A DNA stretch of 64,000 nucleotides. It comes from an uncultured Verrucomicrobiota bacterium. Lineage in GTDB: Bacteria; Verrucomicrobiota; Kiritimatiellia; RFP12; UBA1067. Of this stretch, positions 9,401 to 16,545 are shown in pieces. The notes under the pieces are model-generated. The model saw nothing but the letters and a program-made list of their open reading frames with translations. It did no database searches and had not been told where the DNA came from. Within the stretch, counting starts at the first letter, position 1, and each line of letters begins with the position of its first letter. The stretch is taken from assembly GCA_946055075.1 (NCBI GenBank), contig CAMGEN010000004.1:3522-67521 (forward strand), in the 5' to 3' direction. Both the position numbers and the translations under genes were made by a program.

Positions 9401-10725
9401 ATTTCATACCGCGAGGATTGTTTACTCCAGCCGTTGTGGATTGCAGGGCGGTTGCCATTGGCGGCGAGGGGACGATTGTCTACAAGTGGGATTTGGATGG
9501 CGACGGAGTGGCGGAACGTGAGACCACGGATTCGGCTTTCGTGTGGAATGATTTCCCTGCCGGGACTTGGACGGTCGGTGTCAAAGCGACGGACGGATCC
9601 GCTCGAGAGGTCTCCGCGGTCAAGACGATATCGGTAAAGACGGCGCCGAGGAATATGTATGTGAAGGACAGTAATCCTGACGCGCAATTCCCTTATGATA
9701 CTTGGGAGACGGCGGCGAGCGGTCTGGCGGGAATGCGTGCCGCTGTAGCGGCTGGTATCGACGGTTCGACGGTCTGGGTCGGTGACGGCGTCTATGCGCA
9801 TGGCATTAACGACGGCGTCGGCGTTACGATTTCCGAAGGCGTCCGGCTGATTGGTTACAGCGGGGATCCTTCGTCGGTGGTCATCACGAATACGCTCGGG
9901 CTTGCGAACGCCAATGCGGGTCGCAGCGACCTTCGTGACGTCTGCCTGAATCACCCGAACGCGTTCGTGGCCAATATGACTCTCGCGAAGGGCAGTATCT
10001 ACCACAATGGCAACAAGGGAGGGAATGTGACGATCGATACGCTCGGAGGCACTGTCTCCAACTGCGTGCTAACCGCCGGTAGTGCGGCCAATTACTACGG
10101 TGACTGCGGCGGCGCTTTTCTTTCGGCGGGACTGCTGACGCATTGCATTATTGAAAAGAGCACCATTCAGTCCAAAGGTGCCGGGAATAAGGGAGCGGCG
10201 ATCTTCTCGAAGTCCGGTTCCAGGGTTTCGAACTGCCTCATCCGTGATGTTGTCAATGAAGTGGCGGTAGAGGCCAATATTGTCCGTGTTGCTGGTCAGA
10301 TCGAAAACTGCACTGTAGTCAACTGCAATGTAGGCACGAACAACCACGAGGCCGTTCGTTGTGATTCCACTGCGGACGCGCGAAATGTTGTGGCGTTCGG
10401 GAACACGGCACCATCCGGTGTCGACGAAGCAACCGTGGTCCGCGGTTTCGGTGGTACGGCGACCTGCTTCATCAATTGCGCGTCAGATGACGATTCTCCG
10501 GTTGACGGGACGGATTGTATCACGATTACCGCGGCGGCGTTCAAGGACTACGTGAACGGCGATTTCACACCGGCTTCCGGCGGGGCGCTTCGCAACGCCG
10601 GCGTGCCGATCGCGAACGCTCCGAAGAAGGATCTTGCGGGCAAGAAGCGGATTCGCGACTCGAACATCGACATCGGCTGCTACGAGTATCAGCCGCCGGT
10701 CGGTCTCAAGTTGTTTGTGAAATGA
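6499..10725 (+). CDS. Very large secreted DUF2341/LamG-like plus two right-handed beta-helix modules and a PKD-like domain (adhesin or polysaccharide-binding type)
   Basis: Signal peptide MNKLLFLAVAVLAAGMPSLHA. DUF2341-like VPILVKL...GSDMIFVDEQGNVIPHEIDTWDP..SLVWLKP. Repeated G-x-(I/V)-x-N-C beta-helix rungs. Each module ends DxDGxxR..AVDAGCYEM or NIDIGCYEY. Confidence 0.75.
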   Translation: MNKLLFLAVAVLAAGMPSLHADEPSGFAKKVELTLSNAAKTAIGEGSFANVPILVKLSTAISGFAYSDFQSARGSDMIFVDEQGNVIPHEIDTWDPTGESLVWLKPATLSSALGKITMYYGSADIPASSASDVWRNYTGVWHFEDATGLSTSQSEQWPTAKAVYANSTAVEGLEGFLHTASIPDEVGCFGKCFRVNTAGCKTGNYNDGGVWVNDAGENSPLDCNGTFTISGWFKHPTEKYYYDHIFYKRSASDNLAKSGTKQFVNGFAVELSAKVAATPKFDVRGSGSTSKQGGAIDAYDKWSYLTFVFNGTNLDVYENGVNEYSSTGLDTVKDNNAPLAFGARPDVAYSGFTGDAHWCGWIDEVRFSSSAATADYVSVEYKAMTQDFFDFGEAQSLAEDLPVLGVPELQWDGDKWNFSAEMSGGRGKIYSVITDVATGMAVTNAVSDGVVEGIGAFGFSPDLASGGVYTFFVLGVTASDIAVKVYGEYQVSADAVTVIKTKDAEEAGRVPGRFVFSRATGGPEFTLQYEVSGTAVAGESYAEISGAVTFGEGVTEVVVSVDPYINPTVNEDTTVIVAPASRAQLAVASATMTIVNDTAASGAVTRFVSVTGNDENDGLTMAHPLRSVAVACAAVEAALTDDGKGCVYVGAGNYAETSSVSGSNDKSCVVVTKAISVIGLTGDADDVVITRGTQSCRLFEINHADAKLQFLTLRGGYLDSATDSAGGCAMIGSNGGTIADCVLENGTAHKWGGGGGNLYMIDGRVVRTVIRNGTVLESSLRAGRIGGGGVAMKGGIIENCLITGNTKGYAAGVMVYGGKVLNCTVTGNSEAQCGGIMVKAGTSSEVRNTIIYGNVGTSTEEPDNCNVYIISSGDSSVGWSGTDSVFFNCYGEVAINANCTAANPYFAAPEIGDYRLRALSSCRDVVTDYSTTGAISDTDLDGESRQRGAAVDAGCYEMDQSVFAVDFDFIPRGLFTPAVVDCRAVAIGGEGTIVYKWDLDGDGVAERETTDSAFVWNDFPAGTWTVGVKATDGSAREVSAVKTISVKTAPRNMYVKDSNPDAQFPYDTWETAASGLAGMRAAVAAGIDGSTVWVGDGVYAHGINDGVGVTISEGVRLIGYSGDPSSVVITNTLGLANANAGRSDLRDVCLNHPNAFVANMTLAKGSIYHNGNKGGNVTIDTLGGTVSNCVLTAGSAANYYGDCGGAFLSAGLLTHCIIEKSTIQSKGAGNKGAAIFSKSGSRVSNCLIRDVVNEVAVEANIVRVAGQIENCTVVNCNVGTNNHEAVRCDSTADARNVVAFGNTAPSGVDEATVVRGFGGTATCFINCASDDDSPVDGTDCITITAAAFKDYVNGDFTPASGGALRNAGVPIANAPKKDLAGKKRIRDSNIDIGCYEYQPPVGLKLFVK

Positions 10726-11017
10726 GTTTTCCGCTCGCCCTCGAGCGGCGACTTTCGATTGTCAGGTCATCACGGGGTGTCCGTTCGTTTGGGATGGTTC
10801 CTGGGATGGCGATGTCTTCACGCCTGGCGACTACACGCTGCCGGCCGAAGTCACTGGCGAGCCGAATCCGTGCCTCGGTGCGGGCGTGAAGCTCGACTGG
10901 ATGACGGCGGATTCAAAGGATTTGGCCGGGATTCCCCGCCTGCGCGAGAACGATTTCGTCGACCTCGGCTGTTACGCGTTCGTCATGAAATACGGTCTGC
11001 TTCTTATCATTCGGTAA
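10721..11017 (+). pseudogene. Orphan C-terminal fragment of a paralogue of the upstream beta-helix protein (no start codon)
   Basis: The frame is open from the stop at 10718-10720. It translates to ...WDGDVFTPGDYTLPAEVTGEPNPC...DSKDLAGIPRLRENDFVDLGCYAFVMKYGLLLIIR*. This mirrors the end of the 6499-10725 protein (KKDLAGKKRIRDSNIDIGCYEYQPPVGLKLFVK*). Confidence 0.55.
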
Positions 11018-11071
11018 CGGACAGGTGTCCGTTTTGGTAAAGAAAATTACGGACAGGTGTCCGTTTTGGTA
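11017..11071. promoter_or_regulatory. Two identical 23-nt direct repeats, each holding a 7+7 inverted repeat (ACGGACA-GG-TGTCCGT); candidate operator
   Basis: acggacaggtgtccgttttggta occurs at 11017-11039 and again at 11049-11071 (32-nt period). The second copy abuts a TTGACG -35 box. Confidence 0.7.
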
Positions 11072-11100
11072 TTGACGGCGTCAGGTGATTGTGGTATTCT
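11072..11100 (+). promoter_or_regulatory. Sigma70-type promoter TTGACG-N17-TATTCT with a TG extension
   Basis: ttgacg(11072) gcgtcaggtgattgtgg tattct(11095-11100). ATG 11108 lies 7 nt after the -10 box. Confidence 0.55.
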
Positions 11101-11107
11101 CATGAGT

Positions 11108-12310
11108 ATGAAGAATTATCCACGCATCTATCGGACGATTATCGCGGATCATTTCTCGCGGTCCGGACAGATGGTGTTTCTGTCCGGACCGCGTCAGGTC
11201 GGCAAGACGACCGTCGCGGAAGGGTTGGCGACCAAGTACCTGAGTTGGGACGATGACGACGCACGGCGGGCTGTTCTTTCAGGGCAAAAAGCCGTTGTCG
11301 ACGCTTACGGACTGACGGCGCTCTCCGAGACGGATAAGGTGGTAGTGTTCGATGAGATTCTCAAATACCACCACTGGAAGCAGTTCCTTAAAGGATTTTA
11401 CGACGTCTATGCGAAAGGGTTGAAAATCGTCGCGACTGGTTCCGCGAAAATGGATGTGTACAAGAAAGGCGGCGACAGCATGATGGGAAGGTATTTCCCA
11501 TATCGCATTCATCCCCTTAGTGTAGCTGAACTTCTTGATGTATCGATCCCGGGCGAATCATTGGTCAGGAAACCGCGGAAAATCTCTGATGGGGAATGGG
11601 ATGCACTATTAAGGTTTGGTGGATTCCCCGATCCTTTCGTCCGAAGGGATGTCAGATTCTCACGGCGGTGGAACTCGCTGCGTTTCGAGCAGTTGACAAA
11701 GGTGGATGTACGCGATTTGACGCAGATTGTCGAGCTGGATCAGCTAGCGATGCTGGCGGAGATCCTCGGACGGCGTTCGGGAGAACAACTCGTCTATAAG
11801 AACCTTGCTGTTGAGGTCGGCGTCGATGAGAAGACAATCAAGAAATGGGTGAAGACGTTGAAGTATCTTTATTTCGGCTTCGAGGTCCGTCCGTGGTTCA
11901 AAAACGTCGAGAATTCGATTCGCAAGACGCCGAAATGGTTTCTGCGCGATTGGTCGCAGATCGAGGATGAAGGGAAACGAGCCGAAACGCTCGTCGCCTG
12001 TCATTTACTGAAAGCGGTTGACGGCTGGACCGATCTCGGGTACGGTGATTTCTCATTGCATTACCTGAGGAACAAACAGAAGAAAGAGGTGGACTTCCTC
12101 GTGGCAATAGACAATAAGCCGTGGTTCCTGGTAGAGGTCAAGAAAAGCGACGAGGTGATTTCCGACGCTCTGGCGATGTTTCAACGTCAAACAGGGGCGA
12201 AACACGCGTTTCAAGTGGTGTTGGACTCTAAGTTCGTCAATCGGAGTTGCTTTGAGATCGATTCGCCTGTCGTCGTGCCCGCCAGAACATTCCTGAGTCA
12301 GCTGATCTGA
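11108..12310 (+). CDS. AAA+ ATPase (AAA_14/DUF4143 type) with a PD-(D/E)xK nuclease-like C-terminus
   Basis: Walker A GPRQVGKTT and Walker B-like VVVFDEI. C-terminal KKEVDFLVAIDNKPWFLVEVKKSD fits D...E-x-K. Start chosen as the second in-frame ATG; 11102 or the track start 11057 are possible. Confidence 0.75.
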   Translation: MKNYPRIYRTIIADHFSRSGQMVFLSGPRQVGKTTVAEGLATKYLSWDDDDARRAVLSGQKAVVDAYGLTALSETDKVVVFDEILKYHHWKQFLKGFYDVYAKGLKIVATGSAKMDVYKKGGDSMMGRYFPYRIHPLSVAELLDVSIPGESLVRKPRKISDGEWDALLRFGGFPDPFVRRDVRFSRRWNSLRFEQLTKVDVRDLTQIVELDQLAMLAEILGRRSGEQLVYKNLAVEVGVDEKTIKKWVKTLKYLYFGFEVRPWFKNVENSIRKTPKWFLRDWSQIEDEGKRAETLVACHLLKAVDGWTDLGYGDFSLHYLRNKQKKEVDFLVAIDNKPWFLVEVKKSDEVISDALAMFQRQTGAKHAFQVVLDSKFVNRSCFEIDSPVVVPARTFLSQLI

Positions 12311-12315
12311 TAAAA

Positions 12316-12324
12316 TGCTAGAAT
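12316..12324 (+). promoter_or_regulatory. Extended -10 box TGcTAGAAT
   Basis: tgctagaat lies 6 nt before ATG 12331. Confidence 0.45.
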
Positions 12325-12330
12325 AGGAGA

Positions 12331-12519
12331 ATGAAGATGAGACGCATATCGGTCCTGATGTCCGTATCGTTGTCGGAGGCGACTTCAAAGGCGTTTACGG
12401 GGAGCCGTCGCTCGGAAGGGGGTTGTCATAATTGTAAGGTGACGGTGAAGTCCGTCCCGGTGTGTGTTTCCCCGTGTTTACTCGTCGAGCGGGCGGCGAT
12501 TGAGATTTCCAAGGAGTAA
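12331..12519 (+). CDS. Possible small Cys-rich protein (62 aa), or alternatively just the 5' leader of the downstream hydrolase gene
   Basis: The ORF sits 6 nt after an extended -10 box, the same geometry as other leaderless genes here. MKMRRISVLMSVSL...GGCHNCKVTVKSVPVCVSPC. No family recognised. Confidence 0.3.
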   Translation: MKMRRISVLMSVSLSEATSKAFTGSRRSEGGCHNCKVTVKSVPVCVSPCLLVERAAIEISKE

Positions 12520-12523
12520 AATC

Positions 12524-14026
12524 ATGATACTTACGGCAATCGTGCTGGCGGCGAATATCGTCAGTTTCAAGGATGCGGACAAGATCAAGTCATGGGACGC
12601 GTGGGACGATCATAAGGCGAAGCATGCGATCACGAACGTTCTGCAGAAGGAGAAGCGGCGCGTCACGTGGGAGAAGCTGAATGCGCTCGATCCGGGGCTG
12701 AAGATGATCGGACGGCTCGCGGTGCGCGAGTCGAAGGACATCAAGGGCTCTAACTGGTCCATCGGTTGCGAGACCATGGACCGCGACTATGCCGATTGGG
12801 ACAGCTTCAAGGCGCTCTTGCCAGGGCTTGGCGTGAAGCACGCGCGCTTCTTCTCTGGCTGGGCGAAGACGGAACAGGAGAAGGGCGTCTACGACTTCGC
12901 CTGGCTCGATCCGCAGATCCGCGAGTGTGCGGCGATGGGCATCAAGCCGTGGATCTGCATCTCCTACGGAAACCCCGTCTGGGGGAGCGACTTTCGCCTC
13001 GGCATGCGCGTGAAGCAGGTGACCGGTAGCCCGGAGTCATTCGCGGCGTGGATCCGCTACGCGAAGGCGCTCGTCGAACGGTACAAGGATGTCGTGGACG
13101 AATGGGAGATTTGGAACGAACCGTTCGACCAGGCGCAGGAATACGCGGAGATGTTCTATCAGACCGCGAAGGCTGTAAGGGAAGTCCAGCCATCCGCGAA
13201 GTGCTACTGCACCGCGGTCTCGATGCGTCCGGACATGACGAAGAGCGATTACTTCGTGGTGCTCGAGAAGCTGAAGAAGGAGAATGCGCTTGATCTGGCG
13301 AGTTACTTCATCTATCATCCTTACGCGGAGAATCCCGACACTTCGTATGAGGCGGGCGAAGGACAGTTCGGGTGGCAGATGGCGATGCCGCTCCGCCGGC
13401 TCGTGAAGAGCTATTCGGGGAACTTCGACATCATGCAGGGTGAGGTCGGGTGTCCGAGTCAGCTTGAATACGCGCACGCGATGTGCAACAACGAGTGGAC
13501 CGAGTATTCGCAGGCGAAGTGGCTGCTCAGAAGGACGATCGGCGACGCGGTGCGTTCGATCCCTTCAAACGTCTTCACGATGATTGACCTCAAGTACACG
13601 TTCATGTTGCAGAGCTACGGACTGGTCCGTTCGAACCTGCTCCGCGAATTCGTCTACCGTCGTCCCTCGTACAACGCGATGGCGCACGTATTCAATCTGC
13701 TGGATGATGATGCGAAGCCGCTCGGCGTGGAGAAGCTTAAGTGCGGGTCGCGCGAAATTACACGGGCGAGGTTCTCGCGGTTCGGGCAGGAACTGAACTT
13801 CTTCTGGTTCTCCGATAAGCAGCCATCGAATGAGCTTGCGTTCGAGAAGGTCGATCTCGGGCAGGTCTTCGGGTCAAAGGTTGAGGGCGCGACCTGGACC
13901 GATATGATCACGGGACGCGTCTTCGAGATCGACGATATGAAGTCTGTCCCGCTTTGGGATTCTCCGGTCATGGTCGCGCCTCGCGCCTCGGTGGTACTGG
14001 TCTCGGATAAGGATGGTGTGAAATGA
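12524..14026 (+). CDS. Glycoside hydrolase, clan GH-A (GH5/30/39-like)
   Basis: AAGGAG lies 8 nt before the ATG. N-terminal hydrophobic MILTAIVLAANIV. DEWEIWNEP acid/base motif. Confidence 0.65.
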   Translation: MILTAIVLAANIVSFKDADKIKSWDAWDDHKAKHAITNVLQKEKRRVTWEKLNALDPGLKMIGRLAVRESKDIKGSNWSIGCETMDRDYADWDSFKALLPGLGVKHARFFSGWAKTEQEKGVYDFAWLDPQIRECAAMGIKPWICISYGNPVWGSDFRLGMRVKQVTGSPESFAAWIRYAKALVERYKDVVDEWEIWNEPFDQAQEYAEMFYQTAKAVREVQPSAKCYCTAVSMRPDMTKSDYFVVLEKLKKENALDLASYFIYHPYAENPDTSYEAGEGQFGWQMAMPLRRLVKSYSGNFDIMQGEVGCPSQLEYAHAMCNNEWTEYSQAKWLLRRTIGDAVRSIPSNVFTMIDLKYTFMLQSYGLVRSNLLREFVYRRPSYNAMAHVFNLLDDDAKPLGVEKLKCGSREITRARFSRFGQELNFFWFSDKQPSNELAFEKVDLGQVFGSKVEGATWTDMITGRVFEIDDMKSVPLWDSPVMVAPRASVVLVSDKDGVK

Positions 14027-15336
14027 AGTTGCAGGGTTGCATGGGTAAGTATTACAAGTGGTTTCTGCTACTCCTGCTGTCGGGGGCGTTCTTCTTCCAT
14101 CAGGCGGACAGGGCTCTCTTCGGACTCCTGACGCTTCCGATTCAGAACGAGCTCGGTCTCGATGGAGTCCAGATCGGCTGGATCAACACGGTGCTTTTCT
14201 GGACGCTTGCGGCGATGGCGTTCGTCGCGGGTCCGGTGGGCGACTGCTTCTCTCGCAAGTGGGTGATCACGATTTCGCTGATGGCGTGGTCCGTGATGAC
14301 GGTCATGATGGGCTTCGTCGGCGAGTGGCATGTGCTCGGATTCGTGCTGCCGGCGTTCGTCGTCGTGATGTTCTTCCGCTCGATCGCGACCGGCATCGGG
14401 GAGAGCTTCTACGGTCCGTGCTATCCGCCGCTTATCGCGAGTTACCACAAGGAGACGCTTTCGGTTGCGCTTTCGATCCATCAGGGTTCGCTCTATTTCG
14501 GACTCATGACGTCCGGACTGATCGTCGCGAAGACGCTCGGGCTGCTCGGTGACTGGCGCAATGTCTTCATCGCCTTCGGCGCGGCGGGTTTTGTGCTCGG
14601 ATTGTCGTTCATCTTCCTGTTGAAGGATGGATCCAACCGCGAACCACGAACCACGAACCACGAACCACGAACCTCGCTTTTCTCCGGCTACAAGGCGTTC
14701 TTCACCAATCCTTCGGCGATTCTCGCGATGTGCGGCTTCATTGCAATCGTGTTCGTCAACAACGCATATCTCTGCTGGGCGCCGAAGTTCATGGCGGTGA
14801 AGTTCATGGCGGATATGCCGATGAAGGAGGCGGTGGCGCAGGCGGGGTCCGCGACGATGCTCTGGCATCATCTGTTCGCGTTCGCGGCGATCATGGCGGG
14901 CGCGGTGGTGACGGACCGTTTTGTGAAGCGGTTTCCGCGTTTCCGTCTCGGTTTCCAGATCACGGCGCTGCTCCTGGGCGCCCCGTGTCTCGCGATCGTC
15001 GGGTTCTCGTCCTCGGCGACTATGATGATCGTGATGAGCGCGCTTTACGGCGTCTTCCGCGGCTTCTTCGAGGTGAATACCCACGCGTCGCTGTTCGACG
15101 TGATGGATCCGCGGTTCCGTTCCACTTCGGTCGGGATCTTTACGCTTTTCGCGTTTTCCTTCGGCGGACTTTCCGGCGTGCTGATGGGCTGGCTTTCCGA
15201 TGAATATGGCGTTCGGGGCTTCGAAGTCGGGTTCGGAATCATGGGCGTCACCTACGTCATCGGTGCGGTATTGATGATGATATCCTTCTTTTTCACCTTC
15301 AAAAAAGATAGTGCAAAGCTCAAGGATTTGGTATAA
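14023..15336 (+). CDS. MFS transporter
   Basis: About 12 hydrophobic segments. GPVGDCFSRKWV resembles MFS motif A. ATGA start/stop overlap with the upstream hydrolase. Confidence 0.8.
   Translation: MKLQGCMGKYYKWFLLLLLSGAFFFHQADRALFGLLTLPIQNELGLDGVQIGWINTVLFWTLAAMAFVAGPVGDCFSRKWVITISLMAWSVMTVMMGFVGEWHVLGFVLPAFVVVMFFRSIATGIGESFYGPCYPPLIASYHKETLSVALSIHQGSLYFGLMTSGLIVAKTLGLLGDWRNVFIAFGAAGFVLGLSFIFLLKDGSNREPRTTNHEPRTSLFSGYKAFFTNPSAILAMCGFIAIVFVNNAYLCWAPKFMAVKFMADMPMKEAVAQAGSATMLWHHLFAFAAIMAGAVVTDRFVKRFPRFRLGFQITALLLGAPCLAIVGFSSSATMMIVMSALYGVFRGFFEVNTHASLFDVMDPRFRSTSVGIFTLFAFSFGGLSGVLMGWLSDEYGVRGFEVGFGIMGVTYVIGAVLMMISFFFTFKKDSAKLKDLV
14641..14673. repeat. Perfect tandem heptamer (GAACCAC)x4 plus GAACC inside the MFS central loop
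   Basis: gaaccacgaaccacgaaccacgaaccacgaacc encodes EPRTTNHEPRT. Confidence 0.95.
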
Positions 15337-15337
15337 T
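15329..15337 (+). promoter_or_regulatory. Extended -10 box TGgTATAAT overlapping the MFS stop codon
   Basis: tggtataat contains TAA 15334-15336. ATG 15368 lies 30 nt downstream, with GAAAGG in between. Confidence 0.45.
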
Positions 15338-15367
15338 TCTTTCATAATACTTGAGAAAGGAATTTCA

Positions 15368-16336
15368 ATGAACAAGCTTATCATTGCGCTTGCCGGCTGT
15401 GCCATTTGTGCCGGAGTCTTCGCGGAAGTCAATATTCCGACGGACAAGTTGAAGTTCAAGATTGTGGTCCTTGCAGGACAGTCCAATATGGCTGGCCGCG
15501 GCACGGTTGATCCGGCGGACAACAAGGCGCATCCGCGGGTGGTGATGCTCAATCAGAAGGGCGAGTGGGTTCCGTGTGTTGACCCGATTCATTACGATAT
15601 CAAGAACTCCGGCGTGGGTCCGGGCAAGTTCTTCGGCGAGGCTCTCGCCGAGAGCGACCCCTCAATTGTCGTCGGACTTGTTCCGACCGCGGTCGGAGGC
15701 ACGCCGTTGCAGGCGTGGGTTCCGGGCGGAAAGTCCAATAAGGGCGGCAACAACTGGCATCCGTATGACGACATGGTCGCGCGCACGAAGCAGGCGTTGG
15801 AGAAGGGCACACTTACGGCGATCCTCTGGCATCAGGGGGAGTCGGACTGCATGCGTCGCAATGGCTATCTCTATCAGTATCGGTTCCCTGAGATGATCGC
15901 GCGTTTCCGTAAGGACGTCGGTGCCGAGGGTGTGCCGTTGATCTGCGGCGGACTTCATCCGAATATGGAGAAGGATTGGTTTGGCAAAATCCTGGCGAAC
16001 GCGAAGCGCTGGACCTGCGAGTACGCGTACGGTCCCGGCAAGTACACGACCTGTCCCGAAGACGTGAAGCTGCAGCCTGACAACATCCACTATACCAAGG
16101 AGTCGCAGCAGGAGTACGCGAAGCGCTATTTCGCGGCGTATCAGGAGGTCCTTAAGGCGTTGGCGGCGGATAAGGAATACTGGAAGAAGCCCAATAACGA
16201 AGCCGCCAAGATCAAGGCCGCGGCGATTCCGGATTGGAAGGCGAAGGATGCGGCGACGCAGATCGGACTCGTTCCAGAGACGCTTCCGGAGCCGATCGAG
16301 AAGTGGGTCTTCCCGAAGGGGCGTCCGCAGAAGTGA
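15368..16336 (+). CDS. Sialate O-acetylesterase-like (SASA/DUF303) carbohydrate esterase
   Basis: Signal MNKLIIALAGCAICAGVFA. VVLAGQSNMAGRG and WHQGESD motifs. Confidence 0.75.
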   Translation: MNKLIIALAGCAICAGVFAEVNIPTDKLKFKIVVLAGQSNMAGRGTVDPADNKAHPRVVMLNQKGEWVPCVDPIHYDIKNSGVGPGKFFGEALAESDPSIVVGLVPTAVGGTPLQAWVPGGKSNKGGNNWHPYDDMVARTKQALEKGTLTAILWHQGESDCMRRNGYLYQYRFPEMIARFRKDVGAEGVPLICGGLHPNMEKDWFGKILANAKRWTCEYAYGPGKYTTCPEDVKLQPDNIHYTKESQQEYAKRYFAAYQEVLKALAADKEYWKKPNNEAAKIKAAAIPDWKAKDAATQIGLVPETLPEPIEKWVFPKGRPQK

Positions 16337-16355
16337 GAAAACGTAAAATTCGCTA

Positions 16356-16385
16356 TTGACAAGCAAGCGCCGCATGTGTTATACT
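16356..16385 (+). promoter_or_regulatory. Promoter TTGACA-N18-TATACT (TG-extended) for tRNA-Leu
   Basis: ttgaca(16356) ... tgttatact(16377-16385). The tRNA starts at 16413. Confidence 0.6.
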
Positions 16386-16412
16386 ATGTGGCGTTTTGCT
16401 ACTCAAAACAAT

Positions 16413-16497
16413 GCTCGGGTGGTGAAATTGGCAGACACGTATGCTTGAGGTGCATATGGGTAACTCCTTGCGGGTTCGAGTCCCGCCCCGAGCACCA
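16413..16497 (+). tRNA. tRNA-Leu (anticodon GAG), long variable arm, CCA encoded
   Basis: Hand-folded: acceptor GCTCGGG/CCCGAGC, anticodon stem TATGC/GCATA with loop TTGAGGT, T-arm GGGTTCGAGTCCC, and ACCA 3' end. Confidence 0.9.
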
Positions 16498-16508
16498 AAT
16501 CTGAAATA

Positions 16509-16531
16509 CCGCCCTGACGGCGGTTTTTTTT
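16509..16531 (+). terminator. Rho-independent terminator
   Basis: CCGCC-CTGAC-GGCGG followed by eight T. Confidence 0.8.
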
Positions 16532-16539
16532 GTTATACT
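16531..16539 (+). promoter_or_regulatory. Extended -10 box TGtTATACT
   Basis: Starts at the last T of the terminator T-tract. GTG 16546 lies 6 nt downstream. Confidence 0.4.
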
Positions 16540-16545
16540 TTTACC

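Noticed and set aside
10759-11040. 93-aa ORF in the gap after the giant gene
   Set aside because: The translation has no features. A different frame of the same DNA gives a clear match to the C-terminus of the upstream protein, so it is interpreted as a gene fragment.
14068-15552. 494-aa minus-strand ORF
   Set aside because: Antisense to the MFS transporter and SASA esterase. Composition is extremely Arg/His/Glu-rich. Shadow ORF.
16441-16545. 5' part of track ORF 16441-16854
   Set aside because: It overlaps the 3' half of tRNA-Leu and its terminator. The CDS was shortened to start at 16546.
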